Shown: piece by piece, positions 1-10,909 of the stretch
How positions within the stretch are numbered: position 1 is the first letter of the stretch
Layout: each line of letters opens with the position of its first letter
Made by a program: the position numbers and the translations under genes
IMG/VR virus record: IMGVR_UViG_3300020411_004289
Span: 42,088-106,087 of that record
DNA from: a virus
Direction: 5' to 3' (one strand)
DNA: 64,000 nucleotides
Notes under the pieces: generated by a model
Databases searched by the model: none
The model's input: only the letters and a program-made list of their open reading frames with translations
Told to the model about the DNA's origin: nothing

Positions 1-2
1 CT

Positions 3-374
3 AGAGAGCCACTAATACAAATAACCAATCTGAACCATGAGTACAGTACATCAGACGAAGTATCTTTAAGAATATTTGGTAGAGATCTTGTAAATGAGCA
101 AAACCAGCCGGCAAAGATACCGATTAATTTAAAACCTGTAATATTTGATGAAGTCTATTATAGGGTACGAAATACCAAAGATGGCAAACTAATAATAGAC
201 TTTGGTGAAGACGACAATTCAACTAGAGTGTCTACAGATAATGAAGGCATGTTCTTCGATTTTCATATGGATACCCTATATGCTAACAATGCGTATGAAT
301 TTGAATTTCTAGTAATTGACAGAGGTCAGCGTCATGTCGTAGCCAACAGAAGCCTTCAGTTTGTTGTGAGGTAA
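3..374 (+). CDS. 3' end of a truncated gene, probably a virion/baseplate protein
   Basis: Open frame from the window edge (REPLIQITNLNHEY...STRVSTDNEGMFFDFHMD...LQFVVR) to TAA at 372-374, 3 nt before the next start. Absent from the ORF track because it has no start. Confidence 0.75.
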   Translation, partial: REPLIQITNLNHEYSTSDEVSLRIFGRDLVNEQNQPAKIPINLKPVIFDEVYYRVRNTKDGKLIIDFGEDDNSTRVSTDNEGMFFDFHMDTLYANNAYEFEFLVIDRGQRHVVANRSLQFVVR

Positions 375-377
375 TTT

Positions 378-3300
378 GTGGCCAGAGACTCTAATACATT
401 TACCAAAACAATTCTTTTTAAACCTAGCTCACTAAGGTCGCTTAGGGATGGTTCAACTAGAGTTGAAAACATTACCTTGGGTGGAAATAAAGAAAAAACG
501 CAGGGTGAAGCAAACCTCATAAGCACTTCAAGCTTTAGGTATGATCCTGCAGGATTTCCTCTTAAAAGCACTCAGCAGCTAAACGTAGACTGGTCAAAGC
601 TAGAAAACCATACATTCTTTAATTCAGCCCAAGTAAAGGTTCAAACTGCGTTTGACAAGATCATAAATCGATTTCCATTTGACGGAACAAAGTCTGAGTA
701 TATAGAGTTTAGAGATAACTTAACTGGTTTTGACAAGTACATTCTAGATACATTTCCTAAAAACTTAGGAAGTCTTAAATTTGATAGGGCATATAATAAT
801 GCGCTTAGAGTACAAGACTATCAAGGTGCAGGGTTAATATCTGGCAAAAAAGGCTCGACAGGACAAGCTGTTCTAGACTTTTCATATATGCCATTTAGCA
901 TAGAAACCCATATTTTTATCCCATCCGGATCAATAAATGACAACGAGGTAGTTTTACAAAAGATATCTGGGTCAAGTAGCGGATTAACCTTAGCAGTAAC
1001 ATCTTCTGCATATGAAACTAGTCCGCATGGCGAAGCAACGCTATGGGCGTATTTAAGCTCAGGATCCACAGCAATAAGTGCTAGTCTAGGAATAAAAAAA
1101 GGTGTGTTCAATCATGTCGCATTAGTGTACGACAGAAATGACACAGGAAAACTATTTATTTATGGAAACGGCAATGTACCTAACGAGTCGTCGAAAGCGG
1201 CTGTATTTAATGACTATGATTTTATAGAATCTTTAACTACGATTGGTAGTGGGACTGTTCATCAAGTTGAAAATATTAATTTCACACCTGTACAAAATCT
1301 TTCAGGCGCTCTTGATGAATTAAGATGGTTTCATAAAACTAGGAATAGAAATCAAATACTAAGCTTTAAAGATCGAAGTATATTTGCTAACAATCAAGAC
1401 GATCTTCGACTATACTTTAGGTTTAACGAGCCGTCTGGCAGTTTTGGAACCAGCTCCACTACAGGAAATGAAGATCTTGTCTTAGACTATAGTGGAAACG
1501 GTCTTCATACTAAGATTTCAAATTTTAATATGTCACTAAGAGAGACAGGATCTCTTCCAGTTGCTATGTCTCAAGAAGATCCTGCCCTATCTCCTATTCT
1601 TTTTCCGTCGTATAGACAGGTCGCAGACTTAGGCGTAAAAATGCTTCTTTCCGGAAGCCAATACGACTATAATAATCCCAATCTGATAACAAAATTAATA
1701 CCCAAACATTATCTTCTGGAAGCCTCTGAAAGAGAAGGTATGGAAAATGAGTGGGGTGACATTGGTGAGTCTCCGGGATATTATACAGATCAACCCGGTG
1801 GCTCAAAAATGAGATCACCTCAAATAATTGCATCTCTTTTATACATGTGGGCAGAGTCATTTGATGAAATGAAAATGTTTATAGATGAATTTGGAAGAGC
1901 ACTTAATGTAGATTATCTCACAGATCAAACAATAAGCGATCAGCTTTTACCCTTTTTAGCAAGATATTACGGTCTAAATTTGCCAAACGCATACGCTGAT
2001 GCATCAATGGCACAGCTTTTGGATAGGCAAGATGTAAGAATGGATAATGTTTTGGCTGTCAAGGGATTACAGGGTGTCCAAAATGTAATTTGGAGGCGTG
2101 TACTGTCAGGATTGCCTGAAGTTATAAAATCAAAAGGCACGCGATACTCAATTGAAGCGCTTTTTAGAAACATGGGAATTAATCCTGACGGATCTTTTAG
2201 AATAAGAGAGTATGGGGGCTCCAGGACAAAGTCCATAAGTGATACATTTGAAAAAAGAAGTGAGATCGCATCTATCTTAGATTTCTCAGGGTCAAAGTCT
2301 TCAGGAGGTGTAATCGACGGTTCTGGAAAAAGCAGCAACAGACCTTTGATACAATCTTCTTACCTGTCTTCTTCAAGATTAGAGCCGGGTAAACCTTTAT
2401 CAAAAATCCGGTATGGTGACTATGTTTCTGGAGTATCACCCTATTCTGGAGACGGACTATATACTAGCGGCTCCTGGACTGTAGAGGGGACATTTAAGCT
2501 AGAAAATCCACTAAAAAATCCATTAACGCAAAGCTTAATGAGAATGCAAACAACAGGCTCTAGAGCTTCAGGTGTAGCAAACAATTGGCTGATTTTTAAT
2601 ACTGTAGCAACTGCTTTACTTACTTCTTCTAATTCTCCGGGAACATTATCTCTGTACGGTAGGGTAGGAAGTGGATCAAGCGAGACTTTAAAACTAACCA
2701 TGACCGGTGTGAATGTTTTCGATGGAAACAAGTGGCATGTATCATTTGGGCGCTTAAGAAATGATGAAATCGGATCATATGTTTCTTCAAGCTATTTTCT
2801 TAGAGCCGGTAGGATGGGAACAAACTCAGTTTTAGAATTTTATACAACGTCTTCTTACTATAACGATCAAGGCGATACTATTCTAAACAGAGTGTCATCA
2901 TCGAACAATGCTTCTGGGTCATTTATTACGATCGGAAGTCAAAGCCTCATGTATGATACATCTACTACCTCCGGAGGCGGTTTTCTAAATGAAGTCTCGG
3001 ACAGCAAAGTAAAATATGTTAACTTCACCGGAAAATGTGCAGGAATAAGATTCTTCTCAAAAGGTTTGAGTGAAAAAGAGACGCTGCAGCACGTAAGAAA
3101 CTTTAAATCTCTAGGAGTTGAAAACCCACATGTAAACTTCAACTTCAACACGTCAGATGCAGGTTCTTTTGAAAGACTAAGGTTGAATTTGTCAATTGAT
3201 CAACCTGTAACAAAATCAAATGCCGCCGGAAACGTACAGATATTTGACTTTAGTCAAAATAATAATCATGGTCTAGGTACCGGCTTTGAAACAAATGTAC

Positions 3301-3905
3301 AGATAATTCGTCCTGAAAGATATGATTATATGATTCTCTCCCCGAGGTTTGAACTAGCGACTGATCCTAATAAGATACGAATACGAAGCTTTATTCAGGC
3401 TGAAAATGTTAGATCAAACGGAATGAGTGATTCTTCTTACGCACCTCTATATAGAATTCCAGAAAACGAAAAACCAAAAGATGACAGGCGTTTAGCAATT
3501 GAAGTGTCGTCTGTACAAGCACTTAACGAAGACATCATGAATATATTCTCAACTCTAGATTCACTAGACAATGCTATTGGGAATCCTGAACTAGTGTTTT
3601 CACAAGAATATAAAAGCTTGCGCCATCTTAGAAAGATTTACTTCAATAGACTAGATGACAAAATGTCACTTAAGAAATTCTTTGAATTCTTCAAGTGGTT
3701 CGATCAAACAATTGGCGATATCTTAGAAGAAGTAATTCCAAGCACTACAAAATATATGGGAACTAATTTTGTGATAGAAAGTCACGCGCTAGAAAGAGCT
3801 AAGTTTCCTTATAAGTACAGCGACATGTATGTCGGGATTCTAGATAGAAGAGAAGCTTCTGTAATATTTTTACAGCAATTTCTAGGAAGACTAAGGAAGT
3901 TTTAA
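378..3905 (+). CDS. Baseplate wedge-like protein (P2 gpI / T4 gp7-like segment) with two LamG/concanavalin A-like domains
   Basis: 1175 aa. LLPFLARYYGLNL...KSKGTRYSIEALFRNMGI resembles the gpI/gp7 wedge motif. LamG-type motifs FNHVALVYD...LSGALDELRWF and WHVSFGR...FTGKCAGIRFF. Confidence 0.6.
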   Translation: MARDSNTFTKTILFKPSSLRSLRDGSTRVENITLGGNKEKTQGEANLISTSSFRYDPAGFPLKSTQQLNVDWSKLENHTFFNSAQVKVQTAFDKIINRFPFDGTKSEYIEFRDNLTGFDKYILDTFPKNLGSLKFDRAYNNALRVQDYQGAGLISGKKGSTGQAVLDFSYMPFSIETHIFIPSGSINDNEVVLQKISGSSSGLTLAVTSSAYETSPHGEATLWAYLSSGSTAISASLGIKKGVFNHVALVYDRNDTGKLFIYGNGNVPNESSKAAVFNDYDFIESLTTIGSGTVHQVENINFTPVQNLSGALDELRWFHKTRNRNQILSFKDRSIFANNQDDLRLYFRFNEPSGSFGTSSTTGNEDLVLDYSGNGLHTKISNFNMSLRETGSLPVAMSQEDPALSPILFPSYRQVADLGVKMLLSGSQYDYNNPNLITKLIPKHYLLEASEREGMENEWGDIGESPGYYTDQPGGSKMRSPQIIASLLYMWAESFDEMKMFIDEFGRALNVDYLTDQTISDQLLPFLARYYGLNLPNAYADASMAQLLDRQDVRMDNVLAVKGLQGVQNVIWRRVLSGLPEVIKSKGTRYSIEALFRNMGINPDGSFRIREYGGSRTKSISDTFEKRSEIASILDFSGSKSSGGVIDGSGKSSNRPLIQSSYLSSSRLEPGKPLSKIRYGDYVSGVSPYSGDGLYTSGSWTVEGTFKLENPLKNPLTQSLMRMQTTGSRASGVANNWLIFNTVATALLTSSNSPGTLSLYGRVGSGSSETLKLTMTGVNVFDGNKWHVSFGRLRNDEIGSYVSSSYFLRAGRMGTNSVLEFYTTSSYYNDQGDTILNRVSSSNNASGSFITIGSQSLMYDTSTTSGGGFLNEVSDSKVKYVNFTGKCAGIRFFSKGLSEKETLQHVRNFKSLGVENPHVNFNFNTSDAGSFERLRLNLSIDQPVTKSNAAGNVQIFDFSQNNNHGLGTGFETNVQIIRPERYDYMILSPRFELATDPNKIRIRSFIQAENVRSNGMSDSSYAPLYRIPENEKPKDDRRLAIEVSSVQALNEDIMNIFSTLDSLDNAIGNPELVFSQEYKSLRHLRKIYFNRLDDKMSLKKFFEFFKWFDQTIGDILEEVIPSTTKYMGTNFVIESHALERAKFPYKYSDMYVGILDRREASVIFLQQFLGRLRKF

Positions 3906-3906
3906 G

Positions 3907-5799
3907 ATGGGAAAATATCGATATGCAAGATCTAATGGGCAATTTTTAGATTCTCGGCTTAATAATTTTGCAAAAGAAAATACAATACAAAATTTTAGAT
4001 CTGACCAGTCTTATGACTTATCAAAAGATTTTGTAACAGGTACCAACCCTAGCGAAAACAGTTTCATTCTAGACAAAAAAAACTTAAATGGGTATGAATC
4101 AAAAGCAAGCCTGTTAGCTTGGTGGAGGCCAGGAAACAAAGATGACGACACATCAGCAGTCAAGGATAGCTCAGGGAATAATGCTATTCTCACCCCGCCT
4201 GCAGTATCAAAAACACCTACGCTTGATGTAGGGGACACACCTTCTAAGTTCATCTCTAATAATTCATTTCTTTTTGATGGGTCTGATGATTGTATTGCTT
4301 CTTCTGCATCAAGTCGCCTAGTCTTAAGCGACGGAACCAAGGATGAACCTTTTAGCGTTTCGATGTGGTTAAAAGCTAGTTCTTTCGGCTCAGGTCTCGG
4401 AGTCCCCATAGGATCGTGTGATGCTGATAACACTTCCAATAGACAGTGGCTTATTCAAGTCAACTCCTCCGGAAACTTGAAAGTGGTACTCTATGACAAC
4501 TCCGCCGGAGCTTATGTGTGGAAAACGACAAATTCAGGTGTCTTAAACATTGACACATGGGAACACGTCGTACTTACATATGATGGTCGCTCCGGTACAT
4601 CTGCGACAAACGGTGTAAAAGTATATGTGAATTTAGAGGAGTCCACGTATTACGCTCCCAGCGCAATTGGAACTTATTCTGCGATGGATGGAATAAGTCA
4701 AGCAAAAATAACAGTAGGTGCTCATATCCCGTCTTCTACATGGTGCTTTGCAGGCAGCATAGCAGATGTCGCCATATGGAACAAAGTGCTATCATCTAAT
4801 GAGATAGAAAACATCCATAATGTAAAGAGTGCCGGCGCTTATAGATTGGTAAGAGACTTTAGCAGAGTGTCTCCTGATAACGATACAAGAATTTTAGGTA
4901 TTGCAACTGAAAGAAAAGGTTTTAATACAACAGGGTTCAAACCTGACATAATGAATCAGTTCGTACAAGGGATTAACGTAAAAAGCTTTGATCAGCTGTT
5001 AAACTACACAGCGACCAGAATCAGACCCAATAGTAGCTTTGTCAAGACACTACGTGGCAAGGATATTTCTAGAACAACTTTTGACGAGACAGTCGCAACT
5101 ACAGCAATCACATCTGGGAGTCATACTTCACATGTTTTCCTGGGAGGCGAGGGAAGGCTGTCAGATAGACTTACGAACGAAAGAGAGTGGAGAGATTTAG
5201 GGCAGACAGCAATTTATGACACCCCGGGTGCATTTGAAGATACACTTGATCTAGATCCAACTGCCATTGTTTCCAGGCAACCAGAAGACTTAATTTTACC
5301 ATATCAGATGGTCGCCCAAACAAGTGCAGAACTCTTGGACGGAACCATAGAGCCATTAACCATCAGAAGTATTATCGATCGATCTTCAATAGAGGGCCCA
5401 TTTTACTCTCATACATTTAGAGCAGATCTAGGAGGCCAGACTGACGCGTTCAGGAGATCTTACGTAATTACTGACGGTGTAAGCATGCATGATATTAGAA
5501 CACCTGAAGGAGCATCTCCTTTTTTAGACTCGGTTGAAAATTTAGGTAAAACTGATATGCCCGGAGCGTTCTCTGACTATAAGTCTGTAATTGATCCTTA
5601 CGTTGATTATGCAAACGATAGAGATAAAGAGTACACAATTAACAGTGTTTCATCTACAATTTCTGCTGTACTAGTTCATAGCTCTTCTTGGAAAGATAGT
5701 GACGATCGAACACATGAAAAAATGGCCGCACACGGATTTCAGTATGACAATAACCCAATTGGAATTGACTCCATTGCATATGGAGGTTTAAAGAAGTAA
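3907..5799 (+). CDS. Virion structural protein with a LamG domain
   Basis: 630 aa. Clear LamG core FSVSMWLK...WEHVVLTYDG...VKVYVN...FAGSIADVAIWNKVLSSNEI. Confidence 0.65.
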   Translation: MGKYRYARSNGQFLDSRLNNFAKENTIQNFRSDQSYDLSKDFVTGTNPSENSFILDKKNLNGYESKASLLAWWRPGNKDDDTSAVKDSSGNNAILTPPAVSKTPTLDVGDTPSKFISNNSFLFDGSDDCIASSASSRLVLSDGTKDEPFSVSMWLKASSFGSGLGVPIGSCDADNTSNRQWLIQVNSSGNLKVVLYDNSAGAYVWKTTNSGVLNIDTWEHVVLTYDGRSGTSATNGVKVYVNLEESTYYAPSAIGTYSAMDGISQAKITVGAHIPSSTWCFAGSIADVAIWNKVLSSNEIENIHNVKSAGAYRLVRDFSRVSPDNDTRILGIATERKGFNTTGFKPDIMNQFVQGINVKSFDQLLNYTATRIRPNSSFVKTLRGKDISRTTFDETVATTAITSGSHTSHVFLGGEGRLSDRLTNEREWRDLGQTAIYDTPGAFEDTLDLDPTAIVSRQPEDLILPYQMVAQTSAELLDGTIEPLTIRSIIDRSSIEGPFYSHTFRADLGGQTDAFRRSYVITDGVSMHDIRTPEGASPFLDSVENLGKTDMPGAFSDYKSVIDPYVDYANDRDKEYTINSVSSTISAVLVHSSSWKDSDDRTHEKMAAHGFQYDNNPIGIDSIAYGGLKK

Positions 5800-5800
5800 C

Positions 5801-8800
5801 ATGCCGAGACTAGGAAAAAAGATCAAAGTATACGATTTAAACCTTCAGGCTCAGCGTAGTCCGATAGGTGTTTCTGCTATTCCTGGAATAACATTTCCAG
5901 CAACAACCATGAAGTGTGGTGTTGACTCTGACCTAAAATCCAATGTTATAGTTTTCTCTTTAGGCTCAAGCTCTCCTGCTTCTCCTGATCGTTGGATTCA
6001 GCTAGACGGTCCTTTCTTAGGTCCGGTAACACTGACATATACAGCAGTGAGAGGCGATTATCCTGGAAAAATAGCTGTAGACGGAGTCCCCGAGGATCTT
6101 GCAGCCCCTGAACAAGTCGGCGACGACGTTCTTTTAGTTCAAACTTCGAGAGACGGAATTTACTGGAAAACTGTGAGGACAGGAACGGTTGCCGAGTTAA
6201 GCAATGAAGTATACACGACTATTTCTGTTAATGTTTATGGAGATTCTGGATATAAAATAAGAATAGCTCAGAAAAATCAATTCAATGCTTCAGAGGATGA
6301 ATATGCCATTTCGGTGATAACAGTTTCACAAGGAGAGATTTCAGGCTATCTAAATAACCCGCCGCGAATTTTACTACAAGATAACGACAATAGAACTGGA
6401 AGCTATCCAACAGTAGCCCGCACAGGAGATCCCAACTTTACAGGCAGAGCAAATGTGAGGTTTAATGATCAACAAACAGTAGAATACTTTAGCTCATATC
6501 CAGAAGCTGAAATTACTTTTCTTGATATTCCCCTAGATGCTCATTCTATCTCTTTGACAGGTTCAGCAGAAGATCCATCAGAGAACGTAAAAAAGCTTTT
6601 TGAGTTTCAAAAAGGCGTACTTCAATATTATAACGAATCCATCCTCGTAGACATTAAAGGAAAACAAACACCACGATCAGTGGCATATGCTTTTGCTAAG
6701 ACAGTCAACAGCGCTTCTATGGGCATAAAGGCAACCCCAGTTGGAGAAAAAGTAAAACTAAGACAACACAGGCCTTTAATTCCAAGCAACGGGCTAAACA
6801 TAACAACATCCAGCTATCCTGCTTTCTTCCTCCCTGCTTCAATAAAACAATTTACACAGCACGGCCCGGAAAATTATGCGTACCCTATGATTTTACCTGT
6901 GCCCGGAAGAAATGACTATGCCAGTGGATCGACTCATGTAAATGCACTAGTCGCTTCACCTAATATCACTGGATCTTTAACTGCCCCGGCGATTATGGGC
7001 ACATCAAATAGCGGCCCGGGAATACATTTTACCCCGGGAGAAAACATAGGACCGTTTGATGAGTCCAGGATTTACATCGACAATGACCTAAGTTTCTATA
7101 CTGAAGGGACCACAGTCAATGGCACAACTTTGCCAGGATTTGGTGAAAGACTAGGTTCTAAGGTAAGTCTATCTTTTGACATATCAACTAATGAACCCTG
7201 TTCTGTGTATTTTTCAACTGGAACAGTTTCACCTGGAGGTACACATGCATCAAGGGCAGATGCTCTAGCCGCAGGGGTTAATTCCGGGATAGCGTATTAT
7301 AATTTTGCGGAAAGCAAGTGGGAAATTGTAGGAGATCTACTTACCGGCAGTAATGTAGATATTTTTAATTCAAATCCACAGACAGTTGCAGATTCAATGC
7401 TAGCGATAATGCCCTCTCAGTATGACTATTGGTCCTATCATACAGCACCCTTGACTAATATGCTTAAGCATCAAGGGTCACCCACTGAGTTCGCAGGATT
7501 CCCTCTAGCCAGCAAGTTTGACCCTTCAGAAGCTCAGCTACTTGATATGTCAGACTATATTACAGCTCCATTCTTATTAGAAAAATTAGAGCTGACAGTT
7601 TCTGCATCTTATGCTATGACACAGGTGATGACGGACATAAATGGTGTCCATAATGCTTCGTTTATGCTACTTTTACAAAGAGATGCAGTGCCTTCTGGTT
7701 CGTTTACTTCTGAGCTAACATTGCTAAAAAATAACGGGTCAAACACTCTGACAGATATGACGTGGCTCGCGCCTAAGAAAAAAACATTTGAGACTCATAA
7801 AGATAGAAAAATTATCTGGTATGGTAGAATAGGAAGATACCTCGAATTCGATCACCCAACCCAGACTTATAGCTCTTTAGAAGAATTTAGAATTAGGGCC
7901 CCACATGTTTTTGCAGCATGCGATTTGTGGATACCACAGCTTAATCCTTACGGCAATAATCAGTATCCTTCCACTGGTTCTTTCACACTAAGAGGTTCTC
8001 CTAATACACCTATCGGATGTGGTGTGTCAAATAATGTGGTGCGACCTAGAGGTACGCGTACCTCCGCGCACGCGGATATTCCGGAGTATGCAGTCATAGG
8101 AAGAAAGACAGGAGGAAGAGATCTTATAAATATTGCAGACGGACGTTCTTTTATAAGCTCTATTGCAGGCGCTAAAGAGGTCGGCACACATTATGTAGGC
8201 TATGAAGCTAATTCTGCCGGCAGCAGATTTGTACCACTCTATGAAAAGGATTCATCTGAATCTCCTTTTCTTTTGCTCCCAACAGACAAGTTAATGCTTG
8301 TGCATGTCAATCAAAAAATGCCTAATCCCAACGACGACGTACTTACCTGGTCGAAAGGCGAAGACCAAGTAGTTCAGAAAAGATCAACACTTCTCCCGGG
8401 CAAATCTAAACTAACTCTTTTTGGCTCAATGGTGCGTGAAGGAAAAGCAGCAAATACGACCACACTAAATCAGCCACTCACGTCTGACGCAATACACGAG
8501 GATGTTAGAGATGATATATCGCCCTTAGGTGAGTCTCTATGCCTAGATCAGTGGCAAGTAGAGCCTGTGTCTACATATTACAAGTCCTATCTAGACAATA
8601 TTGTCACGGGGTCAATGTATAATCGAAATAACCCTACTCAGTTTATAAACCCACACACACCGCACGTTAGAAAGTCCCAAGGAACCACCGCAGGAACTGG
8701 TATCGTTTCTGGCCGTGTAGGGAGCCTCCTTTCTTCCGGAAGCATACAAAGATTTGTAAGGGCTGTAGACACAGAGCAGATATTTTACGACTCCACAGTT

Positions 8801-10102
8801 CCAAATTTGCAGGAAGTTGTTGACTTCTATCAAATGATGACACTCAATATCCTCGGTGGGTTTAATTATTTATTAATGTCACTCGATACAGAAGAGTGGT
8901 CGCAAGGCTGGTACATCCACGAAGCCTCCGCTGGCAGCTTAAGATTTAATAGAAGCGGGATGTTCGAACATATAGGGCATTTAAAAAGATCTTTATCACC
9001 ATCTACTGCGATAAAAAGAACTGATGGTGTTTCCGGACAAAACGCAAGGATCGACGGCTTATATCTCTTTTCTTCAGGAACACTACCGATTTACCCGGCC
9101 TCCATGTGGACGGGTCTGATGGAGACAGGGGTCAATTCCCAATTCTTTTTAATCGACTTCAAAGACGGTCAACCATCTACGGCCCTTGCGGGCTCGAGCC
9201 CGGGTTACCGGCCGGTCATGACACCGCAGTCAAAATATGGCTCGTCCTACATGCTTAAAATGCTCTGTGGTATTGGAGATTTTCATGGTATGCCTTTAAA
9301 TCAAGCCGCTGAAGCATCACCTCGTCGAGGGCCGGCAGCGGCGACCAGTGTCAATTTTGGGCCCGACCCAGGAGATTGGCCTCTCGACGGCTCCGGAGCC
9401 TCAGACGTAACGTTTTATCTAGGACCCGGGTCAACGAACCCGGAAAAATATATATGTGCAGGATCTAATGAAGGCCCCGGTAGCGGCTATCAAGGTAAAT
9501 TTGCTTTCGACTCCGATCCATCTAAAACCGCACGCAATTTTAGAGAAGTTGTTAATACATACTCAGAGCACCTTCGCGTCTTTTACGGCAACGCAGGCGA
9601 AGGAATTACAGTAACCTTAGCTTCAGGTTCAGTTACAGATTCACTTTCTATGGTTGGGGAGAAGGCATGGGATCAGTCAGGTCCCTCAGGGACCTCTAAC
9701 TGGGCCGGCACATACGGCGGAGAAACCTTCAGTTTGGCTGCTGACACCCTCCTATTGAGAGGTTTTAAGTACGGCCTATATAACGCTGTTCCTTCATCAC
9801 CCACTGCTGTCTTTAGAAGCGATACATACGGACAATTTAGAGACATGTTAGAGCCCAGGCTTTTTAGTGCATTTTTCAATAAGAAGAAGCTAGAGCGTCC
9901 TCCAGTAGTGATAACTTTTACTAGTAGAGCAGGTGAAAGAGGTGTGGCACCTGAAGAAACAAACTCACAAAATTTATCAAATCATGCAACTTCTTCCGTA
10001 CCGTTTCGAGATGGTGTTTCCAGAGACAGAAAAGATATTCAGCCAGATCTATTACCTAGAGTTGAACTCGAGATGTTTGACTTGAAGCTCGGTAGCAGCT
10101 AG
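5801..10102 (+). CDS. Large putative virion (baseplate/fibre) protein
   Basis: 1433 aa, Ser/Gly/Thr- and beta-rich, embedded in the structural operon. No family recognised. Confidence 0.5.
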   Translation: MPRLGKKIKVYDLNLQAQRSPIGVSAIPGITFPATTMKCGVDSDLKSNVIVFSLGSSSPASPDRWIQLDGPFLGPVTLTYTAVRGDYPGKIAVDGVPEDLAAPEQVGDDVLLVQTSRDGIYWKTVRTGTVAELSNEVYTTISVNVYGDSGYKIRIAQKNQFNASEDEYAISVITVSQGEISGYLNNPPRILLQDNDNRTGSYPTVARTGDPNFTGRANVRFNDQQTVEYFSSYPEAEITFLDIPLDAHSISLTGSAEDPSENVKKLFEFQKGVLQYYNESILVDIKGKQTPRSVAYAFAKTVNSASMGIKATPVGEKVKLRQHRPLIPSNGLNITTSSYPAFFLPASIKQFTQHGPENYAYPMILPVPGRNDYASGSTHVNALVASPNITGSLTAPAIMGTSNSGPGIHFTPGENIGPFDESRIYIDNDLSFYTEGTTVNGTTLPGFGERLGSKVSLSFDISTNEPCSVYFSTGTVSPGGTHASRADALAAGVNSGIAYYNFAESKWEIVGDLLTGSNVDIFNSNPQTVADSMLAIMPSQYDYWSYHTAPLTNMLKHQGSPTEFAGFPLASKFDPSEAQLLDMSDYITAPFLLEKLELTVSASYAMTQVMTDINGVHNASFMLLLQRDAVPSGSFTSELTLLKNNGSNTLTDMTWLAPKKKTFETHKDRKIIWYGRIGRYLEFDHPTQTYSSLEEFRIRAPHVFAACDLWIPQLNPYGNNQYPSTGSFTLRGSPNTPIGCGVSNNVVRPRGTRTSAHADIPEYAVIGRKTGGRDLINIADGRSFISSIAGAKEVGTHYVGYEANSAGSRFVPLYEKDSSESPFLLLPTDKLMLVHVNQKMPNPNDDVLTWSKGEDQVVQKRSTLLPGKSKLTLFGSMVREGKAANTTTLNQPLTSDAIHEDVRDDISPLGESLCLDQWQVEPVSTYYKSYLDNIVTGSMYNRNNPTQFINPHTPHVRKSQGTTAGTGIVSGRVGSLLSSGSIQRFVRAVDTEQIFYDSTVPNLQEVVDFYQMMTLNILGGFNYLLMSLDTEEWSQGWYIHEASAGSLRFNRSGMFEHIGHLKRSLSPSTAIKRTDGVSGQNARIDGLYLFSSGTLPIYPASMWTGLMETGVNSQFFLIDFKDGQPSTALAGSSPGYRPVMTPQSKYGSSYMLKMLCGIGDFHGMPLNQAAEASPRRGPAAATSVNFGPDPGDWPLDGSGASDVTFYLGPGSTNPEKYICAGSNEGPGSGYQGKFAFDSDPSKTARNFREVVNTYSEHLRVFYGNAGEGITVTLASGSVTDSLSMVGEKAWDQSGPSGTSNWAGTYGGETFSLAADTLLLRGFKYGLYNAVPSSPTAVFRSDTYGQFRDMLEPRLFSAFFNKKKLERPPVVITFTSRAGERGVAPEETNSQNLSNHATSSVPFRDGVSRDRKDIQPDLLPRVELEMFDLKLGSS

Positions 10103-10114
10103 CAGGAGGTAGAT

Positions 10115-10909
10115 GTGTCGTCTAAAAAGGTAAGTGTTAAAGATTTAAAAAGCACGCCATTTATTACTGCGTTCAACAATACCACACAACAAAATGAACC
10201 TGTAATATTTCCTAATGGAATAAAAGTCAATCTAGATTCCAGCCTGTTTAATAGAGGTATAGAAATAACACCTACAACTGCTCCTGATGTTACCACAAAT
10301 CGGTTGTATAATGAAAACGGTACATTAAAATTTAATGGAAGCCCAATCGGCTCAGGCGGCGGCGGTGCTTCAGGACCTTCCTTTTTTGACGAGCGTGTAG
10401 CAGATAAAATCTATACCACTGGATCCGTAACGATCAACAGCAATAGTACTGCAATGACTTCTCTCGATGTAATTCATGACTATACGACTCAGACTTTTGA
10501 AAATCAGCTAAGTAGTGGCGAAGGAGGAGGTACTGTCTTGCAGTATGGCACCGGTACGACTACAGCTGGATATTTGTACTATCTGGAGACGACAAAGGCG
10601 TGGACACAAAGTACTGCTACAAGTGTAGCATCAGGAGCTAGTCAAATATTAGGCATAGCACTAGGGACTAGTCCAACAAGTACAGGTATGCTGCTAAAAG
10701 GATTTATAAGAATAAGCTCGAGCAGAATCTCCGGAACGCCTCAAATTGGAAGCCCAGTGTACGTTTCTACAACTGCAGCAGCCTATACATTTACCGCACC
10801 TTCAAGTGTGAATCAATTTGTTAGAATTGTAGGATATTGTCTGGATACGCATTCTAGCGATATTTTACTCTGGTTCGACCCAGACTCAACTTGGGTGGAA
10901 ATATCGTAA
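10115..10909 (+). CDS. Putative fibre/decoration protein
   Basis: GTG start after a strong SD (AGGAGGT). RLYNENGTLKFNG plus a Gly linker is fibre-like. C-terminal GIALG...MLLKGFI...GSPVYVS...TAPS...VRIVGY resembles capsid cement/decoration domains. Confidence 0.5.
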   Translation: MSSKKVSVKDLKSTPFITAFNNTTQQNEPVIFPNGIKVNLDSSLFNRGIEITPTTAPDVTTNRLYNENGTLKFNGSPIGSGGGGASGPSFFDERVADKIYTTGSVTINSNSTAMTSLDVIHDYTTQTFENQLSSGEGGGTVLQYGTGTTTAGYLYYLETTKAWTQSTATSVASGASQILGIALGTSPTSTGMLLKGFIRISSSRISGTPQIGSPVYVSTTAAAYTFTAPSSVNQFVRIVGYCLDTHSSDILLWFDPDSTWVEIS

